Of a DNA stretch of 64,000 nt, positions 54,452 to 63,357 are shown one piece after another. The position numbers were made by a program, and so were the translations under genes. The stretch covers positions 150,368 to 214,367 of the forward strand of contig CAYRXW010000003.1 of NCBI GenBank assembly GCA_964428335.1, given 5' to 3'. The notes under the pieces were generated by a model. That model was not told the origin of the DNA and ran no database searches. It was given only the letters and a program-made list of their open reading frames with translations. This DNA comes from an uncultured Methanosarcinales archaeon (GTDB lineage Archaea > Nanobdellota > Nanobdellia > Woesearchaeales > GW2011-AR15). The number at the start of each line of letters is the position of its first letter. Position 1 is the stretch's first letter.

Positions 54452-57400
54452 TCCTCTTTGCTCTTATTGTAATAAACACTGCAAAAATAGCTAGTACAAT
54501 GAAGCTTATTAAAATCGGCCTGAAGTAAGGTATTTCGCTTATCTTTATTGCCCATGCAAGCGGGCTGTCATTTTTTAGCTTGCTCTTGCTTACCAGGTTC
54601 TTGCAGCCCTGGATGACTGAGTCAATAATAATCTGTGCTTCTTCATAGTTCCCTTGTTCTGTATGCTCAAGGGCTTTTTTAAGATATTCATTAAGTTCCA
54701 TGCATTCGGGATTACTGCTAAGTAAATCTTTTGCAAAAGTTATTTTTGTCTGCGTTAATGTGTCATCTCCCTTGCTTTTTTCTAGTGCATTAATGTATAT
54801 CACAGCCTTATCCTTATAAAATGGAGAAGTAACATTTGCATAAATGGTTATCACATAATTATTATAAAGCCTGTAGTCTTTTACTATTAAATCAACTTTT
54901 TCTTCAGAATTTGGCTCAAGATTCGCTAAGAAAACATTGGAAAAAGTTATGTCTGCTGTTGATGAGTTTGTCAGGGCAGAAAGCTTTATTCCATGTAAAG
55001 TCTTATTTCCGCTGTTTAATATCACAATTTTTTGCCTTAATGTATTATTATTGTATATAACAGCTGGTTCAGGGTTTAATATGTCTAAAAATACTTCTTT
55101 TTCCACTTCAACCTGCTCAAATACAGGATATGGGACTGATTTTTTCCTGGTCCTTGTACTGGATGACTGAGGAGTATCAGATTCAGGAATTTCAGTAACA
55201 TTAATTGTGACGTTATTACTTATCTTTGTATCTGTTCCATCATCTGCTGTGAAAATAACAGTTTCAGAGCCAACTGCAAGAGGCGTAAATATGACATCAT
55301 TTCCATCATACTCAATGTCGACTTTTGTTGTTTCTGTATTTGTATATGTCAGTGTGTCATTATCTGGATCATTAAACCTGACATTTCCAGATCCACCAGT
55401 CAGATAATTTGTCCACCTGAATGCCTGTGTTATATTTGTGACGTTTGGAAGGCTACTATTTAGTAATGGAATTCTGTTCTTATTATGTATTGTTAGATAC
55501 CATGTAAAATTAATATCATGTGCCATAAGTCCAGATACATTATCATAAACAATTAAGACAACAGTATATGTCCCGTTTTCAGCAAATCCAAAATACCTTG
55601 AATAGTTTCTTGAGCTACTGACAATGCTTCCATCTAATGTCCAATTATATTCAAGCTGGTCTCCATCTGGGTCATATGTCTCATGCGCAAAATATATTGT
55701 AGTGTTTTCAGTTGTATTTGTATATGTATAATTTTCTCCAATTGAAGATACTAAAACAAAACTGGTATTTATTGGCCTGTCATAAGGTGTAATATTCTGA
55801 ATTATCGGAGCATATGTCCTATTGATTATTGTTATATTAAATAGCACAGAATCAGTAAGCCCATACAAGTCTCTTACTGTTACATTAATTCTATATTCTC
55901 CGTCTGCAGTAGAATTTGGTGTAAATGATATAATTCCATTTGCAGATATGTTGAAAAGAGCTGCTGAGCCAATAAACCTTGAAGTGAATGTCTTATTATC
56001 ATTTTCAAAACATGTGGTATCAGGGTCAGTAGTCTGGCTGCCGATATCAAGATAGTACAAATAGCTTTCAATTATTGTTGAATTTAGAACATTTGGAAGA
56101 ATAGGGGCATCAGCAGTATTTTGTATTTCAAGAGTAAATATGCTTGAATTCTCCCCGCCATTTGTATCGTTTATCCTTATGTATACTGAATAATTTCCAT
56201 CTATTGAGCAGTTTGGTGTGAAATTTATAAGGCCTGAACTTGATATTACAAAAAATGATGAATTATCTATAAATGTATCAAAAGCTCCATCTGGGTCTGT
56301 TGCATTTATCTTATATGTGAAAAGAGAGTCTTCATATGCAGTTTGATTTTGTGGAACTTGGTTAAAATAAGGTGGATAGTTTTGAAGTATAGTAATATTA
56401 AATATTTCAGTATCAGTTTTTCCACCATCATCTGTAACAGTGATTAGATAATAATAATTTCCAGTGAAACTTGAATTAGGCATGAACGTAACTGTTCCTG
56501 TAGATGAATTTATTGAAAGGTGCGGACAGTTAGCTAAACAATTACTTGAATTTGTAGCGTAGGACAATGATTCACTAAAATTCACCAAAGAATCCATGTC
56601 AGTTGCATTAATTCTGTATACAAACCTTATATCTGTATAAGCTGTAAGATTATTTATTTTCTTGTTATCTAGGTAGTTACCAGAATATAGGCTGTTTCTA
56701 TGTATTAAAGGATTATCATTCCTATTGCTTAAATTAAGATACACATTTTGACTAACTGTAACTTTTGTATCTGTTATATAAACTGTAAAATTAGCGCAAT
56801 ATATATGAGTATTATTTAAAGTTACATTGATTAAAGCTGTTGCATTTTCATTCCCATGCTCAATTGTTGTTAAGTTCCATATATTTAATCCACAATCTTC
56901 AGTTATGCTGAAATTTATCTGATCTGGATCTACATCGCTCGCATTAATCCTTAATGTAAACCTTTGGTTCTGCACACCTGATTTATTAGGAATTACCTCT
57001 ATTTCAGGAGCATGATTTATTGATATGACTTCCAAATTAAATGAATCAGAAACACAAAGAGCATTATCTTCAGGATCACAAGCAGTAATAGTAACAGTAT
57101 GATTTCCTTCATCAGTATAATTAGCTTTTCTGTTATCAAAAAACTGAATTGTAAAAATATACTCGTTAGCAGTTGTGTTTTCAATCCTTTCAGGATTATA
57201 TGATGAATTTACAGAAAACAAGAAAGGCCCTGTTGAATTTTCTTCATCACCAACAGTTATTATATATTGCAAAGTTTCGTTTTCTTCAACTGACTGGTTT
57301 GCAATTGATGTAATAAAATAAGGAACGTCATTTACAGGTGTTACATTAAACTCAATTGACATTCCAACAATATTTGTTCCGTCTCTGACTAGAAAATCAT

Positions 57401-58019
57401 ACTCATCATTAATGCTTAAATCAGGTTCGTCTTCAGGGGAACAGGTAACTATGCCTGAACCAGAATTTATCGTACAGTAATCATCCCCAGTTATAAAACT
57501 CTTTGAATAAATTAATGTATCAGAATCAGCATCTGTTGTTTGCAAGGTAAATGAATAATTATAGCCTTCTGTTAAAGTTTCATAGCTTCCAATATTTATG
57601 TTTGAAGAGTTCTTTAAAAAAGGAGTAGTTGGAGGGGAATTTTGGATAGTAATCCTACTGCTTTCAATATCAAATGTAAGGTCTGTTGAATTTTCTGCCC
57701 TTACAGTGCAATTCCACTTCTGGCCTTTCTTTGTGTAAGTATGCGAAAGCACATCAGGGCTTGTCGAATTAATTGTAGTCCTGAACAATACTGAATTATT
57801 ATACCATGAAACATTCACCTGAGTATGGCCTGATACTGTGAAATAACATGATAAATTGCTGGAAGTTGTTGCATTAACTGGTGAAATTGAGATACTGGAA
57901 AGATTTAATGAGTTTATGAATATGGAGAATAGTATTACAAGAATTCCGATGATTGCTATTTTTTTATATCTCATTTTAAATAAGGGCCAGACACGCTTGT
58001 TTTGGGGGTGCATATCCAT
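54429..58019 (-). CDS. Giant surface adhesin-like protein with tandem Ig/cadherin-like repeats, very high N-x-S/T sequon density and C-terminal TM anchor
   Basis: Likely true start at the internal Met MRYKKIAIIGILVILFSIF (nt 57974). Repeated ~100-aa modules with DADSD/DPDGD calcium-binding-like motifs. C-terminal TM ILISFIVLAIFAVFITI plus basic tail. Confidence 0.6.
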   Translation of the reverse strand: MDMHPQNKRVWPLFKMRYKKIAIIGILVILFSIFINSLNLSSISISPVNATTSSNLSCYFTVSGHTQVNVSWYNNSVLFRTTINSTSPDVLSHTYTKKGQKWNCTVRAENSTDLTFDIESSRITIQNSPPTTPFLKNSSNINIGSYETLTEGYNYSFTLQTTDADSDTLIYSKSFITGDDYCTINSGSGIVTCSPEDEPDLSINDEYDFLVRDGTNIVGMSIEFNVTPVNDVPYFITSIANQSVEENETLQYIITVGDEENSTGPFLFSVNSSYNPERIENTTANEYIFTIQFFDNRKANYTDEGNHTVTITACDPEDNALCVSDSFNLEVISINHAPEIEVIPNKSGVQNQRFTLRINASDVDPDQINFSITEDCGLNIWNLTTIEHGNENATALINVTLNNTHIYCANFTVYITDTKVTVSQNVYLNLSNRNDNPLIHRNSLYSGNYLDNKKINNLTAYTDIRFVYRINATDMDSLVNFSESLSYATNSSNCLANCPHLSINSSTGTVTFMPNSSFTGNYYYLITVTDDGGKTDTEIFNITILQNYPPYFNQVPQNQTAYEDSLFTYKINATDPDGAFDTFIDNSSFFVISSSGLINFTPNCSIDGNYSVYIRINDTNGGENSSIFTLEIQNTADAPILPNVLNSTIIESYLYYLDIGSQTTDPDTTCFENDNKTFTSRFIGSAALFNISANGIISFTPNSTADGEYRINVTVRDLYGLTDSVLFNITIINRTYAPIIQNITPYDRPINTSFVLVSSIGENYTYTNTTENTTIYFAHETYDPDGDQLEYNWTLDGSIVSSSRNYSRYFGFAENGTYTVVLIVYDNVSGLMAHDINFTWYLTIHNKNRIPLLNSSLPNVTNITQAFRWTNYLTGGSGNVRFNDPDNDTLTYTNTETTKVDIEYDGNDVIFTPLAVGSETVIFTADDGTDTKISNNVTINVTEIPESDTPQSSSTRTRKKSVPYPVFEQVEVEKEVFLDILNPEPAVIYNNNTLRQKIVILNSGNKTLHGIKLSALTNSSTADITFSNVFLANLEPNSEEKVDLIVKDYRLYNNYVITIYANVTSPFYKDKAVIYINALEKSKGDDTLTQTKITFAKDLLSSNPECMELNEYLKKALEHTEQGNYEEAQIIIDSVIQGCKNLVSKSKLKNDSPLAWAIKISEIPYFRPILISFIVLAIFAVFITIRAKRINEQNEA

Positions 58020-58066
58020 TAATAGAACCGGACCAGGTCCTATGTAAGCGTGACTGGCTTTCCTTT

Positions 58067-58192
58067 TTACTTTTTTAATTTCTCCTCTATTGCCTTAATG
58101 ACAAAATCCTTTATTGACATCTCTTCAATAGCGCATTTTACCTTGGCTTTCTTATGAAGCTCATCAGGGATTTCGATATTTATATTGGTCAT
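58067..58192 (-). CDS. Ribbon-helix-helix (CopG/Arc/MetJ-like) DNA-binding protein, 41 aa (not in ORF track)
   Basis: MTNINIEIPDELHKKAKVKCAIEEMSIKDFVIKAIEEKLKK has the pattern of an N-terminal beta-strand followed by two helices, as in RHH regulators and antitoxins. Confidence 0.5.
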   Translation of the reverse strand: MTNINIEIPDELHKKAKVKCAIEEMSIKDFVIKAIEEKLKK

Positions 58193-58337
58193 TAGAGAAA
58201 ACTATATGTGTGGTGGTTTAAATACTTATTTATTTAATTTAAATTAATAAGTTTACTTATTTTACTTACTTTACTTAATTAACTTAATTTTAACTAGCTT
58301 TAGAAAATATCAGTTTTTAAATCATGTATTTAAGCAC

Positions 58338-58925
58338 TCATTTAAGACGCCAACAACCAAAATAGCCTGTAAATTCTCCAGATTTCAATACTCCGTCACT
58401 TAATGCTTTTTCAGTTGTATAAATAGTTGAAGCGTAATTTCCAAAAATTATTGCGCCATTGATTTCAATTGGATTTCCCTTGTAAAATGTATTCTCAGCA
58501 TCATTTTTTATTTGAATGGCTGCTTGGCAGTTTTTATGGTTTGGATAAAAATACCCTCCTGCTAATCCAGCAATGAGTCCCAGGGAAACTGCAAATATTG
58601 TTGTGTTAAATGCAACCTGCTTCCAATATGTTGAGGTTCTTCTATGAATAGTCACCGGCTGAAATGGCATATGATTATCATGTGCCTTAAAAGAATCAAT
58701 AAATCTTTTATAGGTTCTTTCAAATTTCTCTAGATTTTCATAAATGAGATCTTTAGCTGATTCAATTGCCTCGTAAAAACTATCTGCAGCTTTTTTCCTA
58801 GTATCTTTAAATCCGGAATTTAATTCTGATTTTAAGTAAGCAATATCATAATTAATACCAGCTTTTGCAAGAAAATAGTAATATTCAAGGCTATCAATAA
58901 TTTCAGGAAGTGAAGGATGAGACAT
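58338..58925 (-). CDS. Hypothetical membrane protein
   Basis: Internal TM IFAVSLGLIAGLAGGYFY. No motif. Confidence 0.4.
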   Translation of the reverse strand: MSHPSLPEIIDSLEYYYFLAKAGINYDIAYLKSELNSGFKDTRKKAADSFYEAIESAKDLIYENLEKFERTYKRFIDSFKAHDNHMPFQPVTIHRRTSTYWKQVAFNTTIFAVSLGLIAGLAGGYFYPNHKNCQAAIQIKNDAENTFYKGNPIEINGAIIFGNYASTIYTTEKALSDGVLKSGEFTGYFGCWRLK

Positions 58926-58936
58926 TTTCTAAAAAA

Positions 58937-59323
58937 CTAATTACAATTTCCGTTTGCATCCGGAAAATAGGGCATATCTAGATAAGCACCAATATCTCTT
59001 CTGTCCTGAATTATGCCATTTTGCATAGCTGGAGAGCCATTATTTCTTTTAATTATTTCCTGTTGCAACAAATCCCATTCAAGATCAGACATTGGTGCTT
59101 TATATTGTGCTCTTAACTCATTTAAACCCATTCCTGCAGTAACCGGCAATTGATAATTAGTTGGACATGCGTATCTTGGAATAGCAGTTGGCTGTGGTTC
59201 AGGGGGAAAAGACACTTGTGTTGAACCTAAAGCAAAAGTGCATGCGTAAGATAACAAACTAACAAAAGTAATTCCACCAACGATGATTCTTCCTATTGCA
59301 GTTTTTGGACTATTAGTAGACAT
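58937..59323 (-). CDS. Small secreted/membrane hypothetical protein
   Basis: N-terminal hydrophobic segment IIVGGITFVSLLSYACTFALG. Confidence 0.4.
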   Translation of the reverse strand: MSTNSPKTAIGRIIVGGITFVSLLSYACTFALGSTQVSFPPEPQPTAIPRYACPTNYQLPVTAGMGLNELRAQYKAPMSDLEWDLLQQEIIKRNNGSPAMQNGIIQDRRDIGAYLDMPYFPDANGNCN

Positions 59324-59468
59324 TAATCAGTGGTTAAAACCTTCTATTTTTAAATGTTTTCAGTAATATTCAAGTTTTTCACCTAAAAATACCTTTTTTA
59401 GCATATTAACACTCTCGAAAATTATTTATACCCATTTCACAAAAGATCATTTAAAAGGTGAGTGGGTC

Positions 59469-62243
59469 ATGAAAAAATTGCTTATTCTTATGGTTTTATT
59501 TGTTATATCTTCAGTTTCTGCAGTATTTGCTGAGGGAGAATCTCCTGATTCTTTGCCTTTACAGGATAGCACAGGGTGCAGGCTTATAACAGCTGACTAT
59601 ACTTTGGAGGAAGATTATACAGCAAATGGAGATTGCCTAGTCATAGGAAGCAGCAATATAATACTAGATGGAAATGGCCATACTATAACAGGTGATGGTA
59701 CAGGGATAGGAATAACAGCAATAGGGACAACAGGCATCACAATAAAAAATTTCAAGATAAGAGGATTTAAGACCTCCATCTCAATCCAAGATGCAGATAA
59801 TTCTATAATTGAGAATAACGATATTGTAAGCACAAACGACTATTCTAAAGGAATTTCTTCAGTCTCATCAGACAATGTAATCTTCAAGGATAACAATGTG
59901 GTGATGGAGAATCAAGAAAGCGCAGGAATGTATCTTACAGGCCACAAGAACATGGTTTTTGACGGAAACAAGGTCACCTGCAAAAGCAAAATATTTTTAG
60001 AGAAAACATCTTGTGTGAGTTTAGCAAGCATATCAGATTCTGAAATAAAAAATAATGAAGTAGAGTACAAATCGGGCAATTTTCATATCAAAGGAGAATG
60101 CATCAAACTAAGCACAGGACAGAACAACAAGTTCCATGATAACACAATTAAAGGCTACTGTCTGGCACTGACATCTTCAGGAATAAGCAATTCAGAATTT
60201 TATTCAAACTTTATAGCAACTGACGGAGCATATTACGGCTCATATTCAAGAGGATTCACATTTGCAGATGGTGCAAATAACCTGATTAGAGATAATGAGA
60301 TTAGTGCTTCTGCACAGGTTTTTAACATAAATACTGCATACAGCACAAGCAGTCCTGCAGGATATGTTGTAACCAATCTTAAGATGGATAATGGCTTAAT
60401 CTTTTCTGCTAGCAAAGTCACACAAATCAATGTGTATGGAAGCAAGATTCCTAATGTAGTTGTTCCGGATTATGTTTCAAAAATTGGGTTAGGAAAATTT
60501 GGAATCCATACTTATACAAATACGCCAGGCTATATTGAATTTTCAGTGAAATATGACCCGACAGATGAAGTAGATGAAGACACAATAGGATTATACTATT
60601 ATTATTCAAATAAATGGATTCCTTTTCCAGGGAGCAGAGTTGACAAAGAAAATGATGTCCTCTATGTAGATTACATAAAATTCCCTACAGCTTTTAGTGG
60701 AAACAGTCTTAACTTAGGTATATGGGCAGAGGTTAAAGAGCCAGAACCTGAACCAACTGACTTATGCCAATCTGATTGCACAAGAGGGGATAATATTGCT
60801 TATCTTGAATGCGAATCACATGAAGGCTGCCAGGATGTCCAGATGAATTTTCTTGATCCTTCAGGAACAGGAAAGGTAGTTGCTGACTGCGATAATAGGA
60901 CATTAGACAGCAATTATTATTTTTCAGATTCGTACTGCATTGGCAATTTAGTCTATGAACAATATTCATGCAAAAAGAATCAAGGAGTAAGCGGCACTAT
61001 TGTTAATGTAAATCCAGCAGGCAGAACTTGTGAGAATGGGTGTGAAAACAGAGCATGCGTAAATGAAATTTTGAATGATACTATGCCAATTGAGGGAATC
61101 TGCCAGAAAAACCGTATCTTAATTTGCCATAATGAGAACAATCCTCATGAACTTTGCGTTGCAAATGAAAGCATAAGTGTCCATCTTGCCCATGCAGATT
61201 ATCTAGGTGTTTGTGTTTCAGATGATGAGGAAATTCAGCAAAACAAAACAATAGAACTTAACGAGAGCATAGAAAATGAGGAAAACGAGACTAAAGAAGA
61301 AACTGAGGCTGAGGAAGAAACAAAAACTGATGAAGAAGAACCAACAAATGGAAGCTGTCCTACTGAAAAAGCCTTCATCTGCCACGTAAAAAATAAAGAG
61401 CATGAACTTTGTGTTTCCATATCTGCACTGAGTTCACATCTTGCCCATGGGGATTATGAAGGGCGTTGCATAAACGAAAAAAAAGAAGAAAAGATTATTG
61501 ATTTGGTTTCACAGGATAAAAAAGCAGAGATTCTTTCAGAAGGTACAGTAAGAAAAATAGAGTTCAAAACAAAGAAAGAAAAAAAAGATATCAAAGTAAC
61601 AGTCAAAACAAGGAATACAGCACCACCGCAGGTAAAGGAGCATGAGAGAAAAGTCTATAATTATATTACGATAGATCATCCGGATATATCAAATGATGAG
61701 ATTGAAGATTCAAAAGTCGAATTTAGTGTTGAGAAAAAATGGGTTGCTTTAACAGGAAAGCCTGAGGATGTTGTCTTAAGCAAGTTTGAGAACGATTGGA
61801 GAGACCTAAAGACAAGATATAATAGAAGCGATGATACTCATTATTATTTTGAGTCAGATACAGATGGATTCTCAGAATTTGCAATTAACATGCAGTCAAC
61901 AGTTTCTGAGCCAATTCCAACAATTAATGAAACAATTGCACTCAATGAGAACACAGCCAAAGAAAATATAATTCCTAAAAATTCATACATTGATGTTGCA
62001 AAGAGAATATGGCCCATATTTTTATTGGCAGCATTGATACTTTACCTAACAATATTTTATACAACAAGAAATAAACTTAACGCTGAAGAAAAAGAAAAAA
62101 AAGAAAGAGAGCCCTACAAGATATTAATAGAATATGTAGCTGACCTAAAGAAAAAAGGAAATTCAACAGATCAGATAAAAGCTAAACTGAATGAGGCAGG
62201 ATGGGAAAAAGAGGATGTTGAGAAAGTCTTGAAATTTTCATAA
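59469..62243 (+). CDS. Secreted right-handed parallel beta-helix (pectin-lyase-fold/NosD-like) surface protein with Cys-rich region, duplicated Cys/His module, C-terminal TM and cytoplasmic recurrent motif
   Basis: Signal peptide. PbH1-type repeats (NIILDGNGHTITGDGTGIGITAIGTTGITIKNFKIRGF...IENNDIV...FKDNNVV). Duplicated ICHxxNxHELCV...SxHLAHxDYxGxC modules. TM IWPIFLLAALILYLTIFY. C-terminal DLKKKGNSTDQIKAKLNEAGWEKEDV. Confidence 0.6.
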   Translation: MKKLLILMVLFVISSVSAVFAEGESPDSLPLQDSTGCRLITADYTLEEDYTANGDCLVIGSSNIILDGNGHTITGDGTGIGITAIGTTGITIKNFKIRGFKTSISIQDADNSIIENNDIVSTNDYSKGISSVSSDNVIFKDNNVVMENQESAGMYLTGHKNMVFDGNKVTCKSKIFLEKTSCVSLASISDSEIKNNEVEYKSGNFHIKGECIKLSTGQNNKFHDNTIKGYCLALTSSGISNSEFYSNFIATDGAYYGSYSRGFTFADGANNLIRDNEISASAQVFNINTAYSTSSPAGYVVTNLKMDNGLIFSASKVTQINVYGSKIPNVVVPDYVSKIGLGKFGIHTYTNTPGYIEFSVKYDPTDEVDEDTIGLYYYYSNKWIPFPGSRVDKENDVLYVDYIKFPTAFSGNSLNLGIWAEVKEPEPEPTDLCQSDCTRGDNIAYLECESHEGCQDVQMNFLDPSGTGKVVADCDNRTLDSNYYFSDSYCIGNLVYEQYSCKKNQGVSGTIVNVNPAGRTCENGCENRACVNEILNDTMPIEGICQKNRILICHNENNPHELCVANESISVHLAHADYLGVCVSDDEEIQQNKTIELNESIENEENETKEETEAEEETKTDEEEPTNGSCPTEKAFICHVKNKEHELCVSISALSSHLAHGDYEGRCINEKKEEKIIDLVSQDKKAEILSEGTVRKIEFKTKKEKKDIKVTVKTRNTAPPQVKEHERKVYNYITIDHPDISNDEIEDSKVEFSVEKKWVALTGKPEDVVLSKFENDWRDLKTRYNRSDDTHYYFESDTDGFSEFAINMQSTVSEPIPTINETIALNENTAKENIIPKNSYIDVAKRIWPIFLLAALILYLTIFYTTRNKLNAEEKEKKEREPYKILIEYVADLKKKGNSTDQIKAKLNEAGWEKEDVEKVLKFS

Positions 62244-62268
62244 AAATAGATTTTTTTATTATATTTTA

Positions 62269-62922
62269 CTAGTAATATTTTATGTTGCCTTCAGAATGGA
62301 TGCCTTTCTTAAGCTCAATAGGTCTCCATTCATCCTCAATAAGCTCAGCATTCAGCCATTTTGCCAATTCTTTAGGGTTGCCGATTGTTGCAGAAAGCCC
62401 GATTATCTGGGCATTCTTCAGTATGCTTTTTAGTATTGTTATGACTATCTCCAGTGTAGGACCTCTTGTTGGGTCATTAAGAAGGTGAATCTCGTCAAAT
62501 ATTATGGTAGAAATATGTCTTATGAATGCAGCCTTATGCCTAATCAATGAATCAAGCTTTTCAGAGACAGTGATTATAATATCAAATTTCTCAAGAAAAG
62601 CATCGCTTGAGTCTGTGTCCCCAATTGAAATTGCAACCCTTAAATCGGGATATTTTTCTTTAAAATAGTCAAACTTTTCTGAAGCCAATGCTTTTAAGGG
62701 CACAACATAGACAGCTTTCCCAATCTTATTATAAATACCCTGAAGCATGGCTATTTCGGCAATTAGTGTCTTTCCTGAGGCAGTTGGAGTGCAGACAAGA
62801 AGGTTTTTTCTTTCAAGCAGGCCGGCATTAATTGCTTTTGACTGTGCGGGACGGAATTCTTTTATGTTCAGCTTTGAATAGAGGGAAGGATGAATCAAGG
62901 ACTTTACTGATGAAATTTCCAT
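62269..62922 (-). CDS. Hel308/Ski2-like helicase N-terminal RecA domain only (3'-truncated; possible pseudogene or split gene)
   Basis: Motif I TPTASGKT. Motif II FDEIH. Motif III LSAT. Ends after ...EDEWRPIELKKGIHSEGNIKYY, where Hel308 normally continues into RecA2/WH/ratchet domains. Stop abuts the convergent gene. Confidence 0.5.
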   Translation of the reverse strand: MEISSVKSLIHPSLYSKLNIKEFRPAQSKAINAGLLERKNLLVCTPTASGKTLIAEIAMLQGIYNKIGKAVYVVPLKALASEKFDYFKEKYPDLRVAISIGDTDSSDAFLEKFDIIITVSEKLDSLIRHKAAFIRHISTIIFDEIHLLNDPTRGPTLEIVITILKSILKNAQIIGLSATIGNPKELAKWLNAELIEDEWRPIELKKGIHSEGNIKYY

Positions 62923-63012
62923 AGGCAGCAATAAAACACCCAGCTTTAAAAAATTAGTTTTCTTTTTGGATTTAAAGCAAAATTTATTAACCACAATACA
63001 TATAATAAAAAA

Positions 63013-63357
63013 ATGAACATCCTAATATTAATTTTAATAATCGTTGCTGTGTTTATCGGCCTTAAGCTACTAAAAAAAGTATTAAAGCTAGCGTTATTTA
63101 TCCTAGGCTCGGTTTTGCTGATTTCTATAGTCTGCAGCTTTCTGATAGTCAGGGACTTTAGAGCAATGGATGATGAAAAGATAGTCTTCCTGTCATATAA
63201 TGAAAACACAACAGAACAGGCAGATAGGTATGTTATCTTCTATTCAGAGGAAAAATCAAATCTTTCAAACTCCCAGATTGTAAAATATTATTGGAATGAG
63301 GATATTGAAGTTATCCCAGAAACGCCGCTTTTTAGGATAATTAAGATATTAAGATGA
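63013..63357 (+). CDS. Small two-TM membrane protein, hypothetical
   Basis: MNILILILIIVAVFIGL ... LALFILGSVLLISIVCSFLIV. Confidence 0.4.
   Translation: MNILILILIIVAVFIGLKLLKKVLKLALFILGSVLLISIVCSFLIVRDFRAMDDEKIVFLSYNENTTEQADRYVIFYSEEKSNLSNSQIVKYYWNEDIEVIPETPLFRIIKILR

Noticed and set aside
58193-58337. Degenerate ttactta tandem repeats in AT-rich intergenic DNA
   Set aside because: Short, imperfect and in a divergent promoter region. Consistent with generic AT-rich promoter DNA.
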